DNA of 64,000 nt from Rhodosorus marinus CCMP1338 (lineage: Eukaryota > Plantae > Rhodophyta): the NCBI GenBank assembly GCA_029953675.1, contig JAMWBK010000004.1, positions 744,001-808,000 on the forward strand, written 5' to 3'. Below, in pieces: positions 45,096 to 57,629 of this stretch. The position numbers were made by a program, and so were the translations under genes. Under the pieces are notes generated by a model that ran no database searches, was not told where the DNA came from, and saw only the letters and a list, made by a program, of their open reading frames with translations. How positions within the stretch are numbered: the first letter of the stretch is position 1; each line of letters opens with the position of its first letter.

Positions 45096-46319
45096 AAAAC
45101 CACCTTTCCTATGTCCCTTTATAGATTTCCGAATCCACTACAGGCTATCGTAACCCCTGGCGTCCGCTATCTAAAATCTAAGAAACAACATCGGGATCCG
45201 TTCAACCTTCTCAACCCTTGTCCTTCCCCGCCTCCAGCTCCTGTCACCACAATTGCGCCCTCCCTTCCCATCCCTCCCATCCGACACATCCCACAAGAGT
45301 TGTAAGCAAAAACAAACAAATTCACGTTTCAAGAAGAATTACACCAATTCTCTTTTCGCAACTCCAAATTCAACAAAAAGCGGTAATTACGCTTTATTGA
45401 TTGAATATTCAGTCCAAAACTCTTGCAATTTTTTCTAGGAAAGTACGTCATTATTTAAGATGCAGTCCAAAGCGGATTTTTGTATTTCATAATTTTTAGA
45501 GCACTGCTTGTTCAGATTTACGAGGATCTTAAGTTCTATATTTAGAATATTCACGTAGAGCGTGTCCCATGTACTTTAAAAATGGTAGTGATGGCCACGT
45601 CAACAACACGTTTATTCAGAGCCTATTGGGGCAGCAGGTGTATTAAGATAAATTAGATACCTCCAAAAACAAAGATTGTAATTTGGAAGAAATTAGTTGA
45701 AGCTTAACATCAAATTTTTGCCCATTGTTTTTTCGCTTTAAAAAGCTAGCTTTGCCCCGTTCTTTTATAATGAATATTTTATCAAGGAAGTCGGCGAAGA
45801 TCCTCATAAAATGTTTCGAAAAAGGGAACAGACTTACATCAGTATATTCTGGTTCCAATTATCATATATTCGTTCAAGAGCGCAGATCTAAAGAGGGGGT
45901 AATTAACGGTTTATTTCCATGAAGATAATCGAATATATTACATAAAATAGAATAAAAGATTTTTACTCAAGGGGTATATGATTTTGATCGATATTGCGTT
46001 ACGATATTAAAAAACTGTATGAGGTTGAAGGATCTGTATCTCCCGTATAATTGTTTAGTAGTAATTTCTTTCCGTGTGTGTAAGCAATGTTAACTAGATA
46101 TGTTTTAGAATGAAATTATCAGAGTAACCCTGAAGTCGGAATTTTTTTCATTTGGTATTTGGGTTGAGTTGAGGAGAGTGGAGTTACGGACCTGAGGATA
46201 TAGGAGCAACGGGGGTGGGGTGGGGAAGGGGAAGGGTGAGGAGATTGATCGGGTATTGAAGATATACTGGGCGAGCAAGCTTGTTTTTTTTTGCTTTTGT
46301 ATTTTCTATTGAAGGAAAT

Positions 46320-47669
46320 ATGAAGAATTTTGGGATGGTTGGGATGGCGGTGGGTTGGGTAGTGGTTTTGTTGTTGCTGGGAGATGTGTTGGGGGTGAGG
46401 ATGCAGGGAGGGACGGCGGGAGCTGGCGTGTCGAGACAGGTGGGTTCGACGTGTCAGGCGGAGCTGTTGGCGTCTCAGTTCGTTCAATCATTTGCTGAGA
46501 AGTGCTACGATCTGCTCGATGGAAGCGACGTCGTGGGTCAGTTCTGTTCGTCAAATTTGGTGAAGGCAGGACTGAACTGCGCGAAGATCAAGTTCACTGT
46601 CAACGTCGGGAACCTTCGGAGCATTAAAGTCGGGATATACCAGGACTGCAACATGGTACCGAACAGCAATCAGGCCAAGTTTACACACACGCGAACGCTA
46701 ACTGGGACGGTGAAGTCAAAGTCAATGACCGTGTGTCCGGACGAGATTGGGTCCGGCTCTAACTGCTGTGATGCCAGTCAGTGCATGGTGGCCGAAGCCA
46801 GGTTCAGGAAGAACGGCGTGGAGAAGAAAATCAAGCCCGGAAACGGCTGCTTTAACGGTGGAAACGGCAACGGCAATGGTCGCATCTGTCCTCTTAAAAT
46901 GAACTGCGTGAACGTCATCAACGGAACGAATGGGGACGATAATCTTGTGGGGACCAAGTTCGTCGACTATATTTACGGTTTCAACGGTGACGATACTATC
47001 GATGCTCTGGGAGGCAATGATCGAATCTTCGGTGGCCTCGGAGATGACAATATCGAGGGTGGTAGTGGAAAGGACTACATTCGAGGTGACGATGGGAACG
47101 ACCACATCGATGGGGAGGACGGGAAGGACTATATATACGGTAACGGTGGTTACGATATCATTCGTGGTGGCTTTGGGAATGACGTTTTGGATGGAGGCAA
47201 CCAGAACGATCTCATACAGGGGGAAGAAGGTAATGATGATATCATGGGAGGGAATCAGAACGATACACTGGAGGGCGGTGATGGGGACGATAGGATCCGA
47301 GGTGGTAACGGCGACGACTTTATGTATGGTGGGGATGGAGCTGACAATCTCGGAGGGAACGACGGAAATGACGTAATCTATGCCGGGCGGGGTAACGATA
47401 TCCTCAACGGAATGGATGATAATGACTTCTTATACGGAGAAAAGGGCGATGATCGGATCCAAGGTGGACGCGGTGACGACACCCTGCGTGGCTATGACGG
47501 AGACAACTACGCTAACGGCGGAAGTGGTGACGATTACTTCAACTTTGGCGACGGAGACGATGAGATCCTCGGGGGTGCGGGCAATGACTTAATTGTGAGC
47601 GGCGGAGGGTTCGATGCTATTGATGCCGGAACAGGTAGTAATACGGTAGATGGCATACCAAACCTCTGA
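46320..47669 (+). CDS. Secreted protein: signal peptide, Cys-containing N-domain and 27 in-register RTX-type nonapeptides
   Basis: ATG at 46320 (MKNFGMVGMAVGWVVVLLLLGDVLG); nonapeptides from GTNGDDNLV to AGTGSNTVD counted by hand. Confidence 0.9.
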   Translation: MKNFGMVGMAVGWVVVLLLLGDVLGVRMQGGTAGAGVSRQVGSTCQAELLASQFVQSFAEKCYDLLDGSDVVGQFCSSNLVKAGLNCAKIKFTVNVGNLRSIKVGIYQDCNMVPNSNQAKFTHTRTLTGTVKSKSMTVCPDEIGSGSNCCDASQCMVAEARFRKNGVEKKIKPGNGCFNGGNGNGNGRICPLKMNCVNVINGTNGDDNLVGTKFVDYIYGFNGDDTIDALGGNDRIFGGLGDDNIEGGSGKDYIRGDDGNDHIDGEDGKDYIYGNGGYDIIRGGFGNDVLDGGNQNDLIQGEEGNDDIMGGNQNDTLEGGDGDDRIRGGNGDDFMYGGDGADNLGGNDGNDVIYAGRGNDILNGMDDNDFLYGEKGDDRIQGGRGDDTLRGYDGDNYANGGSGDDYFNFGDGDDEILGGAGNDLIVSGGGFDAIDAGTGSNTVDGIPNL

Positions 47670-48234
47670 TGAGTAGAGTAGAAGGCGAGGCACGATTGAC
47701 CCTTCACAACTTGAAAAATAACTCCTAGCGGCGATGAACATACAACTTTTATTAAAAAGAAAGATGTATCCCCTCATACCCTCCGTACTTCTGCCGTGTT
47801 TGTTACGCAGCCCGCGAGCTGGGAGCTAATCTGAGTTGCTCCTCTACAGTAGGATGGGATCCAGAAGCGGTCCTACACAGCACCGACCGTGGACGGGTTT
47901 GAGACCGAATATGAAATCATACTCCTGACCCCGTCTGTTAGGAGCGCGTCGTCAAGTTCATTTTGGCAATGGCCATGGTATCCGACCTCCGCTCATCGGA
48001 TATGGAAGGAAGGAACGGGAGCGCCGAAGTGATCGAGTTGAACTGTCAACACTGCTCCTCATGCAACAGATAGGTTGACGGGCAAAAAGCTTGGACGTTT
48101 AGGCTCCAAACACGTTGACCAAGCGGAAAGGTTGATTTATTAGTTCGTTAAAGGCGGTATGCCTTATCCTTTGTATAATCGAATTGAATGTGGGGAAGCT
48201 GCAGAACATGTTCGGACAGATCCTGTTTAAGGCT

Positions 48235-48635
48235 TGCTTGCGAAGCGCGCCATAGGCGCCTGGGTTTGCACGCTTCCCTACCTAGTTCTTAGTTCCTTTT
48301 CACGTCTTGCGTAGCGCTTCAGGCTATGCTAATAAAGCCAGTTTAAGCCTTCCAGGAGAACTTCCTCAACCCGGATGTTCCTTTAAGCCGCCTTCCGCAG
48401 TGACCATGATTCGGTGGCTCTAGTCCTGCACTAGAAAATTCCGCTGGTTCTCGTTGGCTTCGGTAATTGTTCCGCGAGCGCCCTGACCGTCTGTCGTCGT
48501 TGTTTACTCGTTTAAGTTTCTTGCTGTTGCGTATGAACATTGCTTTGATGGAGGGGCGCGATCTTCGCCATACAGGGTCTTGTTTAGTCCTCGGGGTTTT
48601 TTCTCAGTCCCCGATTGAACGAATTCATTCAGTCC
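48235..48635 (+). mobile_element. Family B 3' end (48235-48342) followed by a family A fragment (about 48435-48635)
   Basis: ...ggctatgctaataaagcc followed by gctggttctcgttggcttcggtaattgttccgcgagcgccctgaccgtc. Confidence 0.85.
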
Positions 48636-49381
48636 AGCTCCGGTCAAGGAAACTTTGTGTTCCTTAGTACAAACTACTATTCAAAATCCACTTAGGCTCA
48701 TACCGTATCTTGTGCTTAAAATATGAACCTATGGGAGACCAATGCTCTAAATTACGTCATCTGGAAGCTCATTACTTTTATTTTAGAACGTAACAGCCCC
48801 ACTCCACCTATATAAACGCAACTACAATATTTAATTTAAGATCTTTAAACTCACATACAGCACAAATTTTGGACACAACAGCGTGCTATCACTATACAGG
48901 GGTAAATATCCAATAATTCGTAAAAGTTTACTCCCTTGATTTCAATATATAGTGAAATTTACAGTAAGATATATGCTAATTAAAAGTTAGACGTCGTATA
49001 TTTTGGGATTCAAACAGGATAGAAAATGGATTTGAATGGATGGGCAGACTCTTGTCCAGGTTTGATGGTTGCGATCGTCGGCAAGGCTCTTGTGGCTCCC
49101 ACTGAAGAGTTTTCCGTGGTCTCAGAGGCATAGACTTGTTTCAGATTTCCACGATAGCATGCTATTGTCACCAAGCACAAAAATATTTCTAAGAGTCAGT
49201 TTGATAGCCACAAAAAGGCCCAGTTGTCCTCCCGTTTGCCCCGATCTGATTCAGATCTAATTTATCGTGGGTTCATACTTTGGTTGTACATCAAATAGCG
49301 ATACACAGTTTCCAAAGCGATAGTTAGAAAGTGTCATAACCCGCATAGAGAAGTGCCTAGGCTGCTGGCAAGAGTTTTCTC

Positions 49382-51433
49382 TCACGGACGCGGGATTGGA
49401 GTCGGGTGAGGTCTAAGCTTTCCAGCGTCTATGTTCGCAGGGCAAGGTTTTCTGTTCTTCCGATTCCCCAGTACGCAACAGGAGGAATTAGAGCACTGGT
49501 CTATTTCAAGGACGACGGAGACAGACCATCCACCACTGTCTGGGTAGGAGACCGAGACCTTTGGGAACTGCCTTTTGACGATATCCTCAAGGTTGTAGTG
49601 GAAGATGAAAACGCCATAGTACTTGCCGTCGTCGAACTTTTTGTACCCACCGGCAACCTCGGCGCTGAACGACTCAGGCGGAACTCGGACATCGTTGACG
49701 AAGACGCTGGGCTTGTCTTCACTTCCATAAGCGCGAGAATGAGAAATACGAATCGCGACGACGCCACCAGGAGTGTTCGGGAGGTTTTCAAAGTAGTAGT
49801 GCACTTTCTTGTTCTTTTCAATGGGCGCGGGGAAGTCAGGCTTGTTGTTGTTGTGGTCTCTTACGTACGAAGCGTAGTGTCTCGACCTGTTCACTTTCCT
49901 CCGCTCACGAGATGGTTTGTCGAAGGCTACCTCAAACACTGTAGTCTCATAGGGGAAGAGGACCACCTGAGATGGGAGAAAGATTCTATCACCCTTCTTC
50001 TCCTGTCTAGAAACCGTCCACCACAAGTCACCGCCAACCAGGATGCTCTGAGCCCTCTCCTGTGGTGATAGCGGCTTCTTGTTTATTCGCAGTCGGCGTC
50101 GCTCGAACCATTTGAGCGGATCTCTGCCGTGCGGAAACAGCAAGTTCACCGTAGCTTCTGAGTCTATAAGGTTTTGCATTATAATATAGCCCTTGAATCT
50201 CGTCGAGACTGCGTTGACGCTGACCTGAACGTTGTTCGAGCTAGTGTAGATGAACTCGCCGTCCAAGCCCTTGAGAAGCTCAAAGTATTTCACCAAGTTC
50301 GTGAACTCGACATTTCCATTCCGTTTCTCATTAATAAGGCTCCATGGGTAGTGGTTTCCGTTGTCGATATCTCTCTGCTCCTGGGTTTCCATATTGATGA
50401 AGGTAATGACCTGGAGAACGTTATTGGGAATTCTCATTAGCATCATGAGCACCTTAAGAGCCTCGTTCATGATCGAAAAATCCCTGGAACTCAGGGGTGG
50501 AGCCGCCTCACGCCTGGCTCGACTGTACCAGTTGCTTATGTACTGCCCCATCTCACTGACGAGGTATGGTTGTGGCTTCCCATTCTCGCTGAGCCATGAA
50601 CTGTAGGTCTCTATTAGGTCCAAGTTGGCCTCAGCATAAGAGCCACCGATGTTATAGACGTGCTCAGAGATGAACTTTTGGCACCGCTTCTTTGCTGCGC
50701 CGTCGAGCCAGATCTTCATTCGCTTCTTGAACAGAGCAAAGTCCTTGAACGATGGCCTTACGAAAGCGGCTGCCGGTCCTCCCGTCAAAACCTTCTTCGA
50801 GTATCCCTCAAGCTCCTCGCAGAGCTCAGTACAGAGCTCGGTGATTCTCGCGACGAAGTCATCATGGCTCTCGTGCGCCTTCTTGAGCCTCGAGGCCTTT
50901 CCCATTGGTTCATTGAAGCACTCGTAGTAGGAGGGTAGAACATACTGATCATCGAAAAAGTACCTGAAGAAATTCCCAGCGTACGAGACTGCCTTTTCAC
51001 GCATGCTCTTGTTGCGAGTGATCCGCGGGATCATGAACGGATCGTCTGCAACCACCCGCTTTTCACTGAGGAATCTAAGCTGATAAGTGTTGCACCTCTT
51101 GCATTGTTTGTTATTGAGGTCCCTCTTTCCATCCTCCTCCACCAGAAATCTCGCCGCTCTCGTCGGGAATGTTCCCTCCTTGAACGGTCCCTTTGTAGAC
51201 CGGCTGAAAGAGACCTGCAGGACTGTAGTCAGGTAGTCCAACATGCGCTGAGGAACCACATCAGTATCTGGCTTGAACGTTCCGTGTCCATTCACATACT
51301 GCCTCCTCGAAAATACGTCCACGTTCCCAGTTCGCAGCGTACACCCAAAATCAGCCCTTACTGTAACGCTGTACGAAGTGACGCTCGATGTGGTCACAAG
51401 GACCACGAATACGGTCACCCAACATGCCTTCAT
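49382..51433 (-). CDS. GH86 beta-porphyranase/beta-agarase-like glycoside hydrolase with signal peptide, intronless
   Basis: Clan GH-A catalytic contexts YECFNEP and YLVSEMG. GGPAAA, F..RMKIWLDGA, GSYAEANLDLIETYS, FELLKGLDGE...SSN.QVSVNA and a C-terminal YPDSGGWSVSVVLEID parallel Bacteroides plebeius porphyranase A as I recall it (comparison from memory). Confidence 0.8.
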   Translation of the reverse strand: MKACWVTVFVVLVTTSSVTSYSVTVRADFGCTLRTGNVDVFSRRQYVNGHGTFKPDTDVVPQRMLDYLTTVLQVSFSRSTKGPFKEGTFPTRAARFLVEEDGKRDLNNKQCKRCNTYQLRFLSEKRVVADDPFMIPRITRNKSMREKAVSYAGNFFRYFFDDQYVLPSYYECFNEPMGKASRLKKAHESHDDFVARITELCTELCEELEGYSKKVLTGGPAAAFVRPSFKDFALFKKRMKIWLDGAAKKRCQKFISEHVYNIGGSYAEANLDLIETYSSWLSENGKPQPYLVSEMGQYISNWYSRARREAAPPLSSRDFSIMNEALKVLMMLMRIPNNVLQVITFINMETQEQRDIDNGNHYPWSLINEKRNGNVEFTNLVKYFELLKGLDGEFIYTSSNNVQVSVNAVSTRFKGYIIMQNLIDSEATVNLLFPHGRDPLKWFERRRLRINKKPLSPQERAQSILVGGDLWWTVSRQEKKGDRIFLPSQVVLFPYETTVFEVAFDKPSRERRKVNRSRHYASYVRDHNNNKPDFPAPIEKNKKVHYYFENLPNTPGGVVAIRISHSRAYGSEDKPSVFVNDVRVPPESFSAEVAGGYKKFDDGKYYGVFIFHYNLEDIVKRQFPKVSVSYPDSGGWSVSVVLEIDQCSNSSCCVLGNRKNRKPCPANIDAGKLRPHPTPIPRP

Positions 51434-54400
51434 GGTTTCGCTCTGCAGCAACTCTTACATCACATGTTCCTCTCAGTCCTCGTTTCCTTGTTGTCGCTCA
51501 TCGTAGTCCCCTCGACCGGAATTTATAGTACAAGCGATTGTCTAGGGTTGATTAAATCACTGCGGTTTTAGGCAAGAGGAAGGCCCAAACACGAGCAGTG
51601 TTTTGTTTCTCACACGGTTTTTCTCCGTTTATTTTTTGACCGTAGGCTCATCCCCTGTACATGGCTCGATTTCAAGAGCGACGATTTCATACGGTGTGGA
51701 CTTCAACCTGGCGGGAGGCTGGGCGGAGCCAGCACTTCCCCATATTAGAATAGAGTTAAAGATCAAGTCATATAAAGGGGTAAAAGTGATCTTTGATCGC
51801 AGAACATGGCCACAACTGTTTGCTCTAGGAGGAGCGATATTCGTCCCAAAAATGAATTCTGCACGTTTTGCGGTGGAGACAGGAGTTTGTTGTGGATAGG
51901 CGGGTTGGACAGTTAAATTGTTTTTGTAGCGTGGTTTGTTACAGTCGCGAGAACTCAACACAGATGATAAGAGCGTTTCATACTCTACAACCCGCTCGCC
52001 CTTTTTGTTTATCCGTCAAAATCTTCAATGTACTTCATCTAGGGAATCGCACCCTATTACTTGCGACGGTTCTAGCCGATCTCCACCGGTCTAATCATTT
52101 TACACGTACCCCATCACACCACAACAACGCACGTGTCCCCTGCCAACACCATCGTTAATCATTGGCTGCGGCGCTGACGTGCATTGGACATCGGCAGAAA
52201 GAGAGTCAACATGCGCTGACCTAGTTCTGAAAATTTTGTGTTATGGGGTCGTCCGCTCCAAGCCATGCAAACCAAGAGTCTGGCAACGCTCGCAAATGCC
52301 CTGTAAAAAACTTTGCAAATCGAAGCAGCAACCTCGACTCTCAGAAGCTATTTCTGTGTTGAAGATCAATTGGCAAACAGAGTTTGATGCGAATTATCTA
52401 AAGAAGTGCCCAATGGTAGACGTCCCTGTCTGACAGTGTGGGGAAAAACCCGACGTGAAGTGAAGGAAAATGTCTAGGATTATGTTGACCTCGCCACAAT
52501 CTCTGTAGCCTTTATACCCGTTTCTCCAAAAGTAACTCAGCTCGTGTCTGCACGCCACAATGCTGAGAAAAGCCCCGCGCATAAAAAAATAAAAATCACC
52601 CCTAGAGTTGAAGAGGACGAACGTTGGAGAGATTCGAGACAGTCGGGATTGGACATCCGCAAAGTCCAATCCCTGATGCGGTTGCGATTTGTGCCTTGCC
52701 CAAGTGGTTGTTCTACCACCTCAAGCAGAAAATCTACCTCTGTATGATCCGATACTCAACGTTTTTCGACGTGTGCTAGTGGAAGTCAAGGGAAAATTTT
52801 CCCTTTGGGACTTACTCAGAAACACGTGAATTGGGTGAAAAGTTTTAGCAGTCAAAATATTGCTACAAGACTTGGCAGCATCAAGAGTGCCATTCGAAAA
52901 GGTTGAAAAGTATAGTCCTAGTTTCGAGCTCTCCTGCTTCTCTCCCTGAGAGAAATTACCCCGTTGATCTTGGCCCACAGTCATGGTGCCGCGTTATGTT
53001 GCCACCTGTAAAATTTTCCCACGAAGAGCCAGTCCCTTCCTTCTCCCTCGTAGCCCTTGGCACAGGGGAGATACTTTTCAGACACCAACCCTACACAACG
53101 AGAGACAAAAAACCAAAAAAAAAACAAAACGCGGGCACTCTAAGGAAGATCCAATGTGATAAAATTCGCTCTCCTCTCCCCCTGCGCTCCGTTTCTTGAA
53201 TTCAGCCGTTATCCCTGAACTTGAATACGCTAGCCGAATCGTCGGTGATGATGCAACCATATGTACACATCCCCTAGCTCGAGACAGTGGACGTAATTTT
53301 CGACACACCCTAGCGTACTGACAGCAAGACAAAAAATAATGAACCCATTTACCTAAATATGAAAATCGCCTGGACACTCCCCAACGCCTATCCCTCTTTC
53401 CCCGCGAAAACATCCCTTCCTTCCCCCCCCCCCCTGTGGCCCTTTAAGTTTACTTAATGGGAACTAGGAAGCCGGGTAATGTGCGATTGAACATCTCACA
53501 CACAACAAAAACACAGCAAGAGCACGAAAAAAGGGTTTTCCAAATCGGAGACTTCTTTTCTCTGCTTCTTATGGGAGTTTCTCGAACACCTCGCGCTCTT
53601 CTCTGGAGGGAGCTGGCAAGCTTTCTAATGCGATATCTCTCCCTCTCTCTCACTTCACCGGAAGGAGCCAGTGTGGCCTCTCCTCAGTTTACTCGTGGGA
53701 GCTATAGCAGCCCTCATGTTCGCTACTAGGGAGAGAGAGAGAATATAAGAGAAACAAGGTGAGGCGGTTTCCTCAAGGAGAGGGGGTGGGAGTGGATGAT
53801 CGTTTCTCCAAGGCATTCCAATCCCATCCTTACCCGGTAAGCGCGTTTAATGAACCCCCCCTTTACTACACTACGAAACATATCATTTAGTTATTCAATT
53901 ATTTGTTTAATTCTATTCTTATAGCAAATCGGGAGAAAATTTGGAGCCCCTTTTCATTGTCCACCGCAATGGAGATTGATTGATTTGATCTTCCTACAGA
54001 TTCCTGATCTGTACGTGGATATACTGTTCTTTGAAAATATATAGTTTTTAATGCGATATTAGCATCACCGGATTTACGCTGTATGGATTTATCAAAATAC
54101 GAGAAGGTACGTCTTGCGTTAATTTTATTTTCTACCCGGTAGCGGTGGAGTTGTGAAAAACTATAGATACCGATTATTCATATATATTTCAACAATATTT
54201 GGGTGGTAATCAATTAAATAGTTTCACCCAGAGGAGGAAAAAGAATAAGCCGGAATATCCAGTCATTTTACAAGAAGATGAAGCATTGTGAGAAGTCAAC
54301 AATAGAATCAAATATTAAAATTGCATCCAATTATATTCCAAGAATTTAAACGTTCGCGGAATGAGGTTGAATGACTGAGCAACACGCTTTTTTTGGTTTG

Positions 54401-56134
54401 TATTCACCAATTATATCATGAGTAACATTTATTTACCTAAATCAACCAAAATTGTCATTTTCGTCTCTAGAAGATTTTTCGGACCTAAAATTATCAAAAT
54501 TGTAAGTAATAGAATCCTTTTCCCAACCCAACAGCCAAAAATAAAATAAAACGTATGAGTCTATGGGACAGGGGGCCCAAAAACCTCAACTCTGTTTTTT
54601 ACTTGAATTTAGTCCGCAATTTTTTTTGCGTGGAATAATTTTGAAACGTGCTCATATTCCATGGAGGGGTCCGTTGGTGAAAATTGATAAAATAAGAAGT
54701 TTTGTCTTTTGTTGTAATGGCTATGTGGGGGGGGGGTTCCGAGTATTTTATTGAATGAATTTATTTTATTGAGGTTTACAAAAATTGACAAAAAGCAATT
54801 CTTTTCATTCTTGATAGTTTTAGTAAGGGGGTGATAGTTGTTTTCTTTCCTCGGTCTATTTGTTCGAAATTTGAAACGATTTATTTGGAAGAGGATTTTG
54901 TCGATGGAGTGATAAGGAGGGATGGGGGTTTTATGTTGTAGAATGTTTTTTGTTTTTTTAGGAGGGGCGTTTGGGCTTGGGATTGTTGATTTTTTTCTGG
55001 AGGTTTGTTTCCCGTTCGGAAGATGTGACCCGGAAGGTTACACTATCGGTTGGGGTAGGAGAGATGGACCACCAGAGTTTTGGAGGCTGACTTTGAGTAG
55101 GTTGAGTCCCTAGGGGAAAGAGAATTCCTTATGGATATTGGGAGGATCAGGGTGCGACCACGGAACGTTTAGTTTTAGTCTGGGCAATGGAGGTTGTGTT
55201 CGGTCATGAGCAGTCCAACGTTGCGAGTTGGTTGGTTTTAGCTTCCAACGACGTGGAGATTCAGAGGAGGGTGAATGTTTGCTTATGCACCGTGTCTTGC
55301 TAGAAGACTAAAGCCTAGAGTGTGGGAACATGTTGTCACCCTTATGGGCAGCCGGTTCAGTGCTAAGGACGAGTACCTCTTGCCCGAACACAAATGACAG
55401 TACCTCCGCGTCTTCGGGGACGACCTTTGCCCATACCTATTCAAAGACTGTGCTTATGGCAATCTATCACTCGATGCGTCGTTTGGGCTCTCTCCAGGAC
55501 CTTGCCGGAACCCTGAGTTAGCACCTTTACTGAATAGCACTACACCTGAACCAACATCAGGTACCACTGCAACCGAACCAACATCATGTACCACCCGAAA
55601 AAAAACACGAGCTTCAAGCACTCGCCTCTCACAAGGTTTTGGTCTTGTGGGCAGTCCTCACCACTGGGAGCTTGATACATCACGTCAGGCCCATTTAACA
55701 ACCTCAACAGGAACTGTGTGACGGTGGCATCCCCGCTCGGTTAAAAAAGCGGGTCTATTTCGTCCGTTTGTTCCCTGATGAGCAATCCAGACACCGAAAA
55801 GTTCAGTGCACAATTTCGTCCCAGCTCAGGGCGGGACCCGGACGACAGAGTTGGCATACAAGCACACAGAATGAAGCTTTCTAACTAACCCTACCGCGCT
55901 GTGCGCTCCAACTCTTCACCACTATAACCATCACCGCCCCGGCTGCTTCTTCTTCCTCAGACCCTAACCACCTGAGTCTTTCCAGAGCCCAAATCCACCG
56001 TGGCGCTTAATCAAATCGATGATATCCCTATCCTCTGCATTTTTGAAGTCCACTACACACCCTAGCTGGTAAACCAGCACCGTCATGTCCCCGCGTCAAA
56101 ACGAATAACCCCTCCTTCCCCTAGCCTCACTCTA

Positions 56135-56845
56135 CGGCGGATTTTGGCGCCCACCTGCTCGCCAGCTGCCCCGCTGTAAAAGGCGCCCGAACCCGACGAC
56201 ATACGCGGATTTTGAACCTGTTATACCGCGAACTTCGACCTATCGCACGGTAAGCCGGTCTTGAAATTGAACGTGAGAAGCCCCTGCCTGTCCTGGACTA
56301 CCAGAGTGATGAACGCCGCGTGGCTGACCTCGTGGTCACCTGTGACGATAGCCCGCGTACGACATACGTTGATCTTGCTATTCCTAATCCTCAGGCTGGT
56401 CGATATTTGGCTGCGGGAGAGCGAGGTGGATTTGCCGCTGCCAATATGAGACGTCGCAAAGAGTTGAAACTTGCGGGGGCGTTGTCTTCCCCAGGCATTC
56501 GTTCTGCGGCTCTAGCTCATCGCCTGGTACCTCTGGTCATTGAATGCTTTGGGTTTAATCCATCGATGGCACTTTTCGTTTGCGAGAGATGTTTCATGAT
56601 CGCTGAGTCTCCTGGTACCTCTGGTCACTGTGTGCTTTGGGTTTGTGGATTCCGTTGGTTCTCGTCGGCTTCGGGAATTGTTCCGCGAACGCCCTGACCG
56701 TCTATCCTCGTTGTTTACCCGCTTTAAGTTTCTTGCTCTGGCCTATGAACGCTGCTTTGATGTTGGAGGCGCGTGGTCTTCGCCGCGCTTAGTCTTTCTT
56801 TTCCCTTCGGTTTTCTTTCTTTCAGCCTCCGATTAAACCAATTCA
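56135..56845 (+). mobile_element. Family A copy (56135-56560) plus a second stacked tail (56600-56845)
   Basis: DFGAHLLASCPAVKGARTRRH...VADLVVTCDDSPRTTYVDLAIPNP...LVPLVIECFG. Confidence 0.85.
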
Positions 56846-57029
56846 CTCACTCGACCAAGCATATGTTCAACGCTTCAATCAACAATTTCATTCAATCAAC
56901 GAACTGTCAAATCAATCTCCCCAAAAATATGTTCTGCCGGCATTGAATAGTGATCATTTCTGAGCTTTGACAGACTGTCGCTACAATTCAATGGTTTTTC
57001 TGTTTGCATGATGAATTTTGTTCAGTCGG

Positions 57030-57210
57030 AGTCTGAAAGAAAAACCAGGAGGGGAAAAAAAGAACTAAGCGTGGCGAGGATCGCGCGCCTCCAACATCAA
57101 AGCAGCGGTCACACGCCACAGCCAGAAACTTAAACGGGTAAAAAACGACGCCAGACGGTCAGGGCGTTCGCGGTTAACAATTCCCGCAGCCAACGAGAAC
57201 CAAAGGAATC
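57030..57210 (-). mobile_element. Family A 3' fragment
   Basis: Reverse complement of ...ccgcgaacgccctgaccgtc...tttgatgttggaggcgcg...cttagttctttttt. Confidence 0.8.
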
Positions 57211-57629
57211 CGTAAACATGTAGAACTGTTTGAGCCGATGCTTTGTGGCACCTTACAGACGCTGGTGTTCATCCTGCCGTAGTTTTGGAGGCGCTCTCTC
57301 CACGCTCTTCCAACAGTACCTAATTCCGGGACCTGAAGTGAGGGATTGGGATGACAACAATTTTGAAAAATCCCAAGGGTACGTGTATATCGACTATTTA
57401 TAGCCACCTGCCGACGTTGACTCCGTTCTCAACCTTTCGAAGAAGACGTCGCCACAAAACGCCTACGCAATGATAATAGGCTCAATGTCGGAGATGGCCT
57501 ACATTGCGCCGCGTGCTGCCAATTAGACTGCCGATGACACCGTCGGGAATAAACACATCTCGCTCGCTGGCCAGGCTATCTCGATCAGCTCACAACCTCG
57601 ACGGTGAGGCCCGTGAACGAGGTCAGCGT

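Noticed and set aside
49406-50068. 220-aa ORF (and other 80-155 aa ORFs) antisense to the GH86 gene
   Set aside because: Shadow ORFs of a long intact gene.
55776-55805. CTGATGA...GAAA hammerhead-like core
   Set aside because: Stem II cannot form beyond one base pair, and flanking stems were not found.
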